DNA of 43,229 nt from Polymyxa betae A26-41 (taxonomy: Eukaryota; Protista; Endomyxa: Phytomyxea), in the NCBI GenBank assembly GCA_003693705.1, contig RBZT01000819.1, positions 1 to 43,229 of the forward strand, in the 5' to 3' direction. Positions within the stretch are counted from its first letter, which is position 1, and each line of letters begins with the position of its first letter. The position numbers and the translations under genes were made by a program. Shown here piece by piece: positions 1-11,100 of this stretch. Under the pieces are notes generated by a model that did not search any database, had not been told where the DNA came from, and saw only the letters and a program-made list of their open reading frames with translations.

Positions 1-193
1 GGTGACGCCTGGATGGTTGATTTGCTCATACTTTACATCGAAAAGGGCATTTCCCGCGGAATTGCTGTAGATGTAGTGATATCTCTGTTTTGCGATATGA
101 AATCCAGACGCCTGTGAAAAGTCCACTTTAATTTTTTTTTAAATACACACTATCACAACTGGGTTTTCTGAAAAATTTCTGGCTCCGCCACTG
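1..193 (+). mobile_element. Right end of a hAT-superfamily (Tip100/Zaphod-like) DNA transposon: transposase C-terminus plus right terminal inverted repeat
   Basis: Frame 1, 1-117, reads GDAWMVDLLILYIEKGISRGIAVDVVISLFCDMKSRRL*, matching the C-terminal pattern of ZMYM1-like hAT transposases (W..DL.ILYIEK.I......VI..F..MK.RR). 179-193 is ctggctccgccactg, whose reverse complement CAGTGGCGGAGCCAG is a typical Tip100/Zaphod-type terminus. The left end lies outside the window. Confidence 0.8.
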
Positions 194-333
194 TCTCATC
201 TTGTGATAAAAAATCATATTAACTGTATAGCAAAGGAAAAACAGCAGCGAAGGTGGAGGATGTATAGGAGCGGAATGCTCCCTAATGGGAAGGGAACCGA
301 CCCGATTCTCCGTGATCTAAAATAAAAATCCAA

Positions 334-405
334 GGGCTCAGCCGGTAATCGAAACCGGGACCTCCCCGACCCTAACAGGGAATCATGCCACTAGACCACT
401 AAGCC
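334..405 (-). tRNA. tRNA-Pro (anticodon AGG)
   Basis: Reverse complement folds as a cloverleaf: GGCTTAG TG GTCT AGTGGC ATGAT T CCCTG TTAGGGT CGGGG AGGTC CCGGT TTCGATT ACCGG CTGAGCC C. A T-run terminator follows on the minus strand. Confidence 0.95.
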
Positions 406-623
406 CTTCCACGTCAACATTATGTGATGATGGTGGTCACAACAGAGAGCGAAGTAATCTCAAAAAGCAGTTGATCGAAGAATGAAACTTATGCGAATAC
501 CATTTTTTGTCGAACGGAACAGGTTCGTTAATGCCAAAATCAGTTCCATCTAGAGAAACAAAACATTTCGTTTTTCTGGGTGTGTTTCACGTTTAACAAT
601 AATTTTGACAAAAAAATTGTTTA

Positions 624-1233
624 GTGCGCAATGGACATGATGATCCCGACGATAGCGCTGACGAAGATATGGATGAGAAGATTACACCTTCGAACATTAA
701 ACGGCGTCGTTCCGATATGGAGCTTCCTAACGGATCTAAGGAGACCGCGCGTGCCCAAATCAGGCACCATGATGAACCAGTAATTGTATCAGTGCTCAAG
801 GACCCGATTTCTCAGAGCACGACGGTGGTCACATTGCCTTCTGGAGCAAAGAATGTATAATTCGATCTCTCCCAGGACGGGCGTACCGCCATCGTTGATT
901 ATGAATGGCCTAAAGTTCTGTTTTCAAATGGCCCAAAGCTCTGTTTTCAATGGAAGACCTCGTCCGCCGCTGGATACTGAAAAGGAGCTGCAGCTGTACC
1001 ATCCCAACATCATAGCTTTCCATTCGAAATTGGAAAAGGTGAACAAAGCTGTTGGTCAGGCCCCGGGGCGGTCAGCGGAAATCACCCTTCCAATAGTTGT
1101 CCTAACAGATACTGCGACCTGGTGTAAGACGGGTGTCAAACGGGACGATGGATCCATGATTCTAGTTGTGGAGCTCATGGCGTACCAAGGACTGGGAGTA
1201 ATGAGTTTATCTCAAAACAATACGGTACCATAA
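624..1233 (+). pseudogene. Disrupted ORF of unknown family, probably transposon-associated
   Basis: Reading ...VVTLPSGAKNV*FDLSQDGRTAIVDYEWPKVLFS has an in-frame stop at 858-860. A 23-bp tandem duplication (905-950) then shifts the frame; removing it restores WPKVLFSMEDL. A further shift leads to HPNIIAF...ITLPIVV..WCKTGVKRDDGSMILVVELMAY. The pieces read as one globular protein. Confidence 0.55.
905..950 (+). repeat. 23-bp imperfect tandem duplication
   Basis: atggcctaaagttctgttttcaa (905-927) followed by atggcccaaagctctgttttcaa (928-950). Confidence 0.9.
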
Positions 1234-1440
1234 CGTTATAATTTGGCATAGATATCCTAACCTCTTTTCGTAGAATATTGCCAAATGCCGTCGCGGATTG
1301 TGGAGTATAGAGCAGGGATAGTCGGGACAGTAAATCTGCAGCGGGGGCAGCCATCTGCTGTCATGACCTCGTAATGTCGTCAGACCTTGAATACGTTACA
1401 TAACATTTTTCTGATAGATTCAACTTTAATCAGCCTTGCC

Positions 1441-1469
1441 TGATCGGACTGAATCCCTCAGTCCGATCA
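1441..1469. repeat. Perfect 12-bp inverted repeat (hairpin)
   Basis: TGATCGGACTGA-ATCCC-TCAGTCCGATCA. Confidence 0.9.
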
Positions 1470-1727
1470 ACGTGCGTTATCACCACCTATTGGTCTCGTC
1501 GTCTTCTTTCCTTCTTGTCTTCACCACCCACCTTCTTCTTTAGCTCTTCCCAGCTTTTCGTACTCAGCGCTCTGTTCTTCCACAGTAATTGGTTTCTAAC
1601 ATCTGCCGCCTCAGTGCCAATTTTGGCGTCAAAATCCACCATTTAAAGCGATTTACGGCCCTTTCTCGTTCATTTTTTATTGAGAAGCCACATTCAGCAT
1701 CTGCTTTCATCAACTACCTACTAACAG

Positions 1728-2351
1728 CTGCGGACATCGAGCGCAATATCCGGCTCCAGTTCGAGCGCGTCGATTACGCCATGCTCTTCTTCCCTACGCT
1801 CAACAAAAGGATGGCGATGTTCAACGCACGGCTCTTTCAGTGTGCACTACGTGTTCGTGACAACTCTCCCTGCAACCACGATCACAAGTCGGCCTACATT
1901 CAAGTCATGAACATGTTCGGCTACTGGGAGCCCTGGACGAAGAGACATATTACTCCGGCGAAGATCGACAAGTACTGGGGCTTCCACCACACCTTGGACG
2001 AGTTCGAGCCCGCCACTGATCTAGTGAACGAGATGCTGGTCGAGATCCAGGATGACCGGTGAAGTTCCAGCAGGCGACCTCGAGATCTCCGACGAAGATC
2101 TGATGGCGGAGGAGCTGAATCTGATTGGCATCCATCTTTGTGTTCGGAGACGGCACACCAAGAAGCAACATGAGCAAGGATGGCAGGCTGTCAATCCCAA
2201 GACCGGGCGCCAGATCGGAGACCGGTGGCCTACCAAGGAAGCGTTGTTCGTAATTATCTGGGAGAAGGTCGGCACGGACTGGAGATTCGTGTTCAAGACC
2301 AAGAATCTGCCTGTTCCAAGGCCATCCCGAATACTTGGGCGAATTCAATAA
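1728..2351 (+). CDS. Orphan coding segment: two overlapping ORFs or one frameshifted gene; unknown function
   Basis: Codons are strongly C/G-ending from ~1728. ORF1 ends at 2062 and ORF2 starts at ATG 2052. The segment is preceded by TACTAACAG, which resembles a branch point plus acceptor. No family recognised. Confidence 0.45.
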
Positions 2352-2416
2352 ATTATTCTATCTTGATATTTCGAGATTGGTCTAATGGCGCGCAGTAGCA
2401 ATTATTTCTAGTCTTT

Positions 2417-2490
2417 GGGGCGTTGGTGTAGTTGGTTATCACGCATCGTTCGCAACGATGAGGTCGCGGTTTCGACTACCGCACGCTCCA
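2417..2490 (+). tRNA. tRNA-Ala (anticodon CGC)
   Basis: GGGGCGT TG GTGT AGTTGGTT ATCAC G CATCG TTCGCAA CGATG AGGTC GCGGT TTCGACT ACCGC ACGCTCC A. It has the G3:U70 Ala identity pair and a T7 terminator immediately downstream. Confidence 0.96.
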
Positions 2491-2603
2491 TATTTTTTTG
2501 GCGAGTCTTTCTTTCTCTGCCTGCTCTTGTCGACTCCTCGAGTCTTGACTATATCCAGTTTCATCGATGTCTTTGAATTATCAACGAATGGAGAAGCTCA
2601 TAA

Positions 2604-3412
2604 TCAGGCAGTTTGTGACGATGATAGGCCAGCTTTGTTAGGCAATGACTCTATGAGCTCGCAAACGATGTCGTAATCGATAATTCTACCTTCGATGATG
2701 CCCGATCTCCCTTCAAACAGCCACTTCATTTTCAGGAGCATTTCAGTAATTAAACCCTCCATATCTTTATGGTTTCGAGGACGATCTCGTTTCCGTCTGC
2801 TGATCGAGATGAGCGCTGTGTAAATGATTTGATGCCCGGTCGCGTGAGAGCCCCATCTCGTTGATGAAATCAATCAAGGCGCTGAAATGACCCGCTATCT
2901 GGTTCTGTATGCTCAGTAAGTTTACATTGCTGCAAGCCAATGTTATTTCCATTTTGCAAAAATCGTTCGAAATGCAATAAAAATGAAATTTTGCCAATAC
3001 TGAGCTCGTCCAAAAAAAAGGGTAAAAGTCGCGAGCTTCGTCAAGCTGCTTGCCGATGTCTGGCATTTCCAAACGGTCTTCGAGGAATGGCGACATGACA
3101 CCGGACCCATCGATCAGCTTTCGAGGACGAACTTCTATTACCGAGAAAATCTCACTTTCAAAAAAACATCGCTCGTGATTCTTTCCGAGCAGGAGCCGGT
3201 TGGAATGACGGCGCCGATCGTCGCTTTTAAGGCTCTGCACGAAATCTACCACCATTAATCGCTATTTGATTGTCTCGGAATTGCATAATCTGCAGAACGA
3301 GTGCAGAGTTGTATTCATGAAGCCGGACGAGCACGATGCGATGGTCGCGAGAGAGGAGAATCCACCTTATGCACGACCTCGGATGAAAACGGATCTTGAA
3401 TGGTATCCGCAA
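2604..3412 (-). pseudogene. Possible frameshifted gene remnant, unknown family
   Basis: Three overlapping minus-strand ORFs (3227-3412, 2767-3255, 2604-2873) chain end to end across frame changes with protein-like composition. No motif recognised. Confidence 0.3.
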
Positions 3413-5186
3413 TCTTCAATTTTTGGCTAACGATCGACGGCGAGATTGAAGACGCCCATGCAATACGTTCAGGTTCTTGAACGACAACTTTCTTTGAAGT
3501 TCAACGAAATCTCAAAAGACGATTAAATGTTTCGTAGCAGAATTAATCGTTTCTATCTCGCTTGTTGATCATTACAGCCATTATACACAGAGCTGTTTGA
3601 ATTTGATGTTGAGGAGAAAATTTGTGAATAAACGCTCTTCATTACCATTGTTGCATTTTGAAGAGAATGATCTCATGTCCTGCCAATGATCTGGTTGCCG
3701 ATCTGTCGACCACGGTTGACGACGGTTTATAAACTGGCCTCGATCGTGCTGTCAGCGGCAGCAGCGGATCGTGTTAATAACCATCACCGTGTGCTGGCTG
3801 CTTCAACTAATTTTCTTCTTCGTTCTGCAAAATCGAACGGAATTCGATATCGCCAACAAACATCAATTATGAAGAATTTTTCCGAATGACAGATGTCTCG
3901 TGTGTTCGTCTTAAATGTATTGACGCGAGTACTTAATGAGACACAAAGCAAGCAATTGGCGCTGATCAACAAGATCTGCAGATCGCATTCTCAAATCGTG
4001 CAAGAGCTTATGGTAGCGATGAGATGATCGCAGAATCCTCACAGCCCAAAATCCAATTCAAATGCATATAACGATAAAACAGCAGATGTCCTTTTATAAC
4101 TCCAACGTTCAGAAACGATTTCAATTTATAATATGCGAACTCAAAACTGCCATCAACGATATGTGTGGCCGTCCTGCTTGTCCTTTTATGATATACCACC
4201 GAAGATAGCGAGTCTGACACAGTTTGAAATTTCGAATGGATAATATTCGTATTGCAGGAACCGAAATTGAAATAAAAGCAGAAAATAGATAGCTGAGAGC
4301 CGCAGACTCGGTCACACGAAAGCGCTCTGGCTAAAATGTGATTGATACTGTGGGAATACAGCAAAGCAAACATTCGATGAGGGAAATGCTGCTTGTTTCC
4401 TGAGCAATACCCGATCATGATCGGCAGCCGAACAAGCCTCGTACAGGCCCTGGAATCATTCTGTGCTTTAGTTGAATTTTACTATTGGTGATATCGCTCA
4501 GGTCGAAAACACGTTCTCGTTCTTGTCGCTCCTCACAACATGAATGAAACAGTCCAATATATCTGATATAGCTGTTAGATAATGCTTGAGAGCTCAAGGA
4601 ACCCAGAAACAAGTTTTTCACTGACCTAATATCATCCCGCTATAAACCAGGGCAGAATACACCGATTTCCCAACCTCGATTACGTGCAGCTGATGAGGAG
4701 AAGGTTTGTAAGCAGCTTCTAATACATCAGCAGACTTCAAAGAGAAACGGATTTGCCTTTGTCATCGAATACGGCATCATGACGGGATTTATCGCTTCGA
4801 CATTGGAAGTAGAAGTACTGAGAGATAGTACGACGAGACACCTGTGTACTATCAGCCATACGCCTAGAACACAGCGCCGCCTGTTGACCAAAATCAACGA
4901 GATAGCAAGATTCAGTTCATTCAAATATCGCATCATGCATGCAGAAATTACTCACGGATCGTGTTTTCTTCACAAAAGCCGATTCTGAATAATGACAGGA
5001 AGTATAACTGTGCATGCTGGAGTTGATACAATTCGTGCGATAACAGATGGTATGAGGGGTTAAAAAAGAATTTTATTAAGAAGTCGAAAACAAGTCAGGC
5101 GCTGATTGACCATATAGATATATAACGATCGTGAAGATTCAGGATCACAAAGATAACTTCAGCGACACAGAACTTCAACAGGAATA

Positions 5187-8100
5187 TTACCGCGCCTTGC
5201 TATACGTATTTGCCATTTCAAGAATGTGGCGAATTTCAGGCGAATCTCTGAATACGAACTCTCCCGGAAGATCCTCATCAAATTTGGACGACCAGTTCAG
5301 ATAATGAATGCGGTACCGCTCGCCATTCTCAAGAACCTGAACGATCTTGACCTCATAAGGCTTGAACTGCCAAGAATCCAGAACGAAAGCCTTATCGCTT
5401 GTCGACATGGCACGCTGCTGGCGCCATTTTGATTGATGAGCACGAAGGAACTTCAGCGCCTTGTTACGATCATCAGCTTTGAAATCGTTGTCCTGCAGAT
5501 TTTGAATGAGGCGATCAAGACGGTTAATGCCCTGGTTGGGGATCTTGGCCTTTGGCTTTCGCGGTTCCGTGCCGGGGATCGTAATTCTTCGTCGTTTCGG
5601 GGTTGTAATTGGAGGAATCTCAGATCCACGGCGACGTCGAATCGCCGGTGTCGCAGGCTCCGGCTCGGAATCCACAGCGGCAGGAACCTTCTCAATCAAC
5701 TGGACGGAATCACTGCCGATAGAGCGGCGTTTACGAGCTGGTTCAGTGCGGCTCGGTGACGATCGACGCCCGCGTCCCTGCAAACACCAGGAATAAAAAA
5801 AAGCAACGTATAAATGCGAAATCAAATTACAGATGCCGGCGCTGGACTTGGGATATCAGAAGGAGCAGCCAGAGGGGAGCCAACCTGAGATGAATAACGA
5901 TCAGAGATTATGACCGTTAGAAGGAGAAGAAACATTACAGATTCAGCAGGTTTCGGAGACGGGGACCTAGCCGCAGGCACTTCAGGAGCAGGGCTAGTAC
6001 CACGAGCACGTGAGCGCCTTGGAGACACAGATTTCTCCCCGGGCTAAGAAGAGATAAATGCCAAAGAACAGTACAGACAAAGTAAACCAGCAAATAAAAA
6101 TAATCAACTTGAAAAAGAAAAATGGGAATACTGGGACAGAGCGCGCTCGCTTAACTGAAGCAGTAGCTGAACGTGCAGTTCTCGCGGACGGAACGCCATC
6201 ATTCTGGAATCGTCGACGGAATGAGGTCATAACCGCAATCGCAGTGTAACCCATGCGCCGTTGCTTGCCAAATTTCTCATCCATCAACTGAGCGACTTTT
6301 TCCCAGTCGTTGTTACTGGCATGAGCAGCAGAACGAAGAAACTCGAGTTCATCTTCCTGCCAATGTGCCTTTTTACCTCTACTGCGCGATACAGTGGTTG
6401 GAGCCGCATTCGAAGGCTCAGCGGCTTCTTCATCGGTGTCAGTTTCCTCTGTCCCCTTTGCGACTTTCCGACCCGGAGTTCGAATAGACCGCTTCGGAGT
6501 CTTGTCAACAATCGACCGCTGCCCACGGGTTGTCGCAGGCGTCGCCGCTTCTACCGTGACTTCAGGAGTCTCGGAAGCTTCTGCAACATTAGGGGATTCG
6601 GGCGTTTCGGACACCTCGGGAGCTTCTGCGGCGGCATCAACTGCCGCGACAGGTTGACTCTGAGATAAACGTCCAGCTCGAGTTCTGGAAGTCAGAATCA
6701 GTTCGGGATGCGTTTTGGTACGACTCTTTCGAGAGCGACGTGAATCTCTGGACGCAGCTTCCTCATCGTGTCCCTCATTCAAGCTTGGTTCATGAACAGC
6801 TTCAACATCGTGGGTCTCAATATTATCCTCTTTTCCGACTTCAGGTTCAGAGACATCAGCGGCAGCAGAAACTTCCAACGTTTCGGAATCCTCAACAATA
6901 GAAGGTTCTTGTACAGGCTCTGGAGAACTCTTACTAGCAACACCAGCAGACTCTGGTTCGTGTTCTGCCGTCAGCTGCTTGCATCCTTCAGATATTTCGG
7001 GAGTTTGACCGGAGACATCAGGAGATGCTTCCAAAGCAGGCGCAGAGAAATCATCCTGCGCAAACTGTTCAATGTTGTTCCAGCGGTGCTGAAGCGCCGC
7101 TGGCATATAAGTACGATACTTCTTGCCGAATTTGGCCTTCATACAGTCGCAGATCTTTTTGAAATTCTTGCCATGCTCACGGAACAAAGAGTGAAGGAAG
7201 GTTCGCTCTTCATCAGTATAAAGATTCCTGCCTCCTTTTCTACCCGGAGTGGAGAGAGGAACCTTGCCTTCCACAGGCTCCTGTTCTGCCTCAGAGACAG
7301 GACCTTCTAAGTTCAGATCTTCCGCAACAGGCTCGATAGCACGCTGATCTGATTCAGGGTGCGGTTCTGATTCGGGTGCGACTCGCTTGGCATTAGATTC
7401 TTGAGCATCTAGTGCTGGACTTGGTTCAATCTCCGATTTTTCAACCAGGCTTTCGGGAACAGATTCCTGGGCAACGGGTGCTGTATCAGATTCTTCGGCA
7501 ACAGGGTTCGGAGCTGACATCTCAGCAGTTGTAGCAGTAGGTAATTCGGAGGCAGTATCATCAAATTCAGATGGCTACAAAGGACACAGTCAATGCAGGG
7601 AAAAGCAGATATGATAAGCAAAAGACAGGAACTGACAAAGCCAACAGACTCATACCAGAAATGGATGTCAATGCAAACAAACTTCTTTAAATATAACAAG
7701 CCAAAAAAAAAGAACTGACGTGAGGAGGAACTTGATTTTTGGAGCGGAGACGGGCCCACTTCATGGAAAGCGACATTGGAGCATATCGACGATATTTGTA
7801 ACCAAAACGAAGTTGCATACGCTGAGCAACACGACTCCAGTCCTTAGAACCGAACTGATCGCAGAGCTCCGACAGATAAGCTAACTCTTCTCTATGGTAA
7901 GGGGTTTTGGTGATGCCCTCCTGTTCCACTTTGTTGCCAATTGGAACTTCAACCGGCTCTTCCACAGGTTGATGTCTTCGAGGTTCTTTAGCAGCTGATG
8001 GCCGCCGGGGTTCTTTACCAGCAACAACCTGAAGCCTTGACTTCTGGCGATTGGCATTGGCCCACCGCTGTTTGATTGAACCGGCGACATACTTCCGGTA

Positions 8101-11100
8101 CGAGGTACCGAACCTCTCGGTCATCTTTTCAGCAATCGTCTCCCAGTCTTTGCGAAGCTGGGGGTCCGCGCCAAGTTCGGTGAGGTAGTTCATTTCTTCA
8201 TCACGCCACGCATTAGCCTTTGTCTTTGCAAGGGTTTCACTAGAATCGCGTTCGCCTTGTGTCATTACAAATGCTGGAATGGGACCAGGAAACAACGAAT
8301 CGCCGGCTGATTGGGGGAGCAGCAACGGAGGCTGTTGGATTGGTGTCCGGATCAGTTCGTCATCATCCTCAGGTTCCAAATGCCAAGGTACTTCTTCAAA
8401 CGGTTCCTCAGCAGCTTGAGTAGTCCCCGCTTCAGGTAATGATTCCGAAGGTTTGGATAAGGTAACCTCAGAAGGCTTCTTGGGAGAAGGAGCAGCTTGA
8501 GCAAGGGGAGAGCGTAATTCAACTGAAGCATTGTCGACAACGTCAACGTCGATGGCATTTTTCCTTAATTCTGAACGTTGATCAGGTTCAGCAGAAGGAG
8601 ATTCTTCCGGATTAGCAGAATGAGCAGAAGAGACCTCTACATCACCGTCAATCGCAGTTTTGCCTGATTGCGAAGGACTATCGTGGTTACCGGGTGGTGT
8701 TTCTTTAAGATCAGCAGATTCTATGTCAACATCCATTGCATTTTGCTCTGATCCTGAGCGTACATCTTGTTCAGCCGAAGAAGCTACTTCCTGATCAGCA
8801 GGCGTGATTTCTTGCTCTATAGTATCAGCAGCGCGATCAATTGGAGAATCCATGACAGGAGATGCAGCGTTGGCCGAACGCAAATCATGGGATTCAGGGA
8901 CACTTAGCTCTTCAGCAACCTCTGTTGTAGGGGTTTCAATGACAGCTTCTGGTTCTGCCGGCTTTTCGATAACTGGAGATGGGAGATCACGCTCCTCACT
9001 GTCCTCTGCTCCACTCTGATCCTCCGGTCCTGATTCCTGTTTAGAAAGCGCTTCTTTGAGGTTTTCTTCAGAAGTGATACGGTCCGCATCAGATTCGGCT
9101 TCTTCGTCATCAGCCTGATCAGCAGGTTCCTGTGGTACAGGATTCGCAATCATATCATCACGAATTTCTTGTGCAACTCCAGCCTGTCCACGAGGGCCGA
9201 TATCGCGCCACTTCTTCTGAAGGATCGGACCAGTGTAAGTACGATGGCGTTCACCAAGAAACTTGTCCATGAGATTGGCGATTTCAATCCAGTCTTCAGT
9301 ACCGAGTTTGTTGACAAGACCACGAAGATATTCGAGCTCTTCGTTCGCCCATTTCACTTTGCTTGAAGGCTTGACAGCTGGTTTACGGACATGCTCTAAA
9401 GGAAATGTTTAGCATAGATTTTTGAAAGTCGAACAATAAAAAGCAACAGCAATTGTTTCGCGAGCAAAGAAGAACAGAGAGAAACGGGAAACATCAATGG
9501 AACCTTTAGGTTCAACAGGCTCTGGTGGATTTAAGAGCCGGTGGACCTTAGACTGAAGGATCTGAGGAGTATAGTCGCGGTACTGGCGCCCAAATTTCTT
9601 TTTCATCTGCCGGACGATATCGGGCCAATTTCGTTTACCCTCTTCACTGGTGTTCGCAACAATGCTGCGCAGATACTCCAGTTCTTCTGCTGGCCAACGA
9701 GTTCGTTGCGAGTGGGGCTCAGCTGAAGAAGGAGCAGGGGACTGTTTGCGAGAGTAAGAACCGGATATTCGTGCCCAGCGACTCTGGACGGCAGCTTTCG
9801 AGTAAATTCGTTGTGAAGCGCCGAATTTATCCTCCAACAACTGGACAACAACACTCCAGTCTGGATCACTCTCGGTGTTGGCAATAATGTCACGCAGATA
9901 ATCCAACTCGTCCTGGGACCAGCGTTTTTGGTATATTTCGTCCGCATCCTCTGTACACAGAGCAAGCATTGAATACAAAAAACAGTATCAATGAGAAATT
10001 GATGATTTGTACGAATAAAGGCAAATCCTCAAAACGATATAGAGAAAAATGAGTGACTGAGATAAAAATTATGTATGTGAAGTGAAAGGTTACCTGAATC
10101 TTTTGGCTGACGATCAGCGAGAGCAGCAGTTCGCGCTGTATGACGACGCAGCGGCGTTCTGAAATCGGAGGCAAAATCTTCGGTTTCCGATCCAGGCTGA
10201 GAACGCAATGACCGACGACGTCGTCGCCGACCAGTTGGCTCCGCTTCAGACTCATCCTGCTCGGCCGCAACGTTTTCGTCATCTTCATCAGATGCCTGAA
10301 AAAAAACGAAGTTGGCAAACCAGCAAGACGAGCATTGAAAAGCAGATTACAGGAGTTGGTTCAGGTACTCGAGAGCGACGCCTGCCACGAGAGTTCACTG
10401 CAGGCTCAGATTGTGAGCCAGCGGCAGATGATCTCAACAGCGACTTCTTGATTTTGATTTTTGTGGATATTGGCAGCTGCGAACGATCGATTTTGATGCG
10501 GAATCGAGTGGCCCATCGATTGATTCTCTTCTCATGAACAGAAACAAGGGGTTTCGCCTCGACGTCCTCGCTGTCGGCACTTTCTTCGTCGTCCGTAGAA
10601 GAGTCATTTTTCCGACCATTTCGCCGAGGACGGTCATCACGACCATCCTTGCGATCCCGCCCTGGATCTTCATCACTGTCTTCGTCATCTCCATGATCAT
10701 CGGGATGTCCCTGATTCTGGCGATGATCAGCTGTAGCATTCTCCTGCGGCTCCTCATTAGATTCCGCAGGATCCTCGGCTGCATTGTGCTCGATAGCGGT
10801 GTCAGACGCGTTACTACCATCTTTCTGTCGATGGCATAAGTGATCCATAAAAGGCAAAAATGGTGAACAGAGAGAAAATGCGACCGAATCATGCGAAAAT
10901 TCAAATTATCGCGAGACATGCAAACAAAAGGTTGTTTGTTGGTAACGAAAAATATACAGAAAGAGAAACGGGAAGATAAAAGAAGCAGCGACTTACAGCA
11001 GCAGTTTGGATGATAGTGTCAGGAATACCATCAGCCAAATGCAGGTTTTCCATCTCTTCACGACTAGCTTCAACATCAACGTCCTGTTCGAGCAATCCGA

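Noticed and set aside
2458-2676. ORFs sharing MRSRFRLPHAP (also within 42931-43173)
   Set aside because: They are translations through the two tRNA-Ala genes, not proteins.
624-5000. Stop-codon reassignment or readthrough to explain in-frame stops
   Set aside because: Conserved genes in the window end normally with TAA, TAG and TGA, and the broken ORFs also contain frameshifts, which indicates decay.
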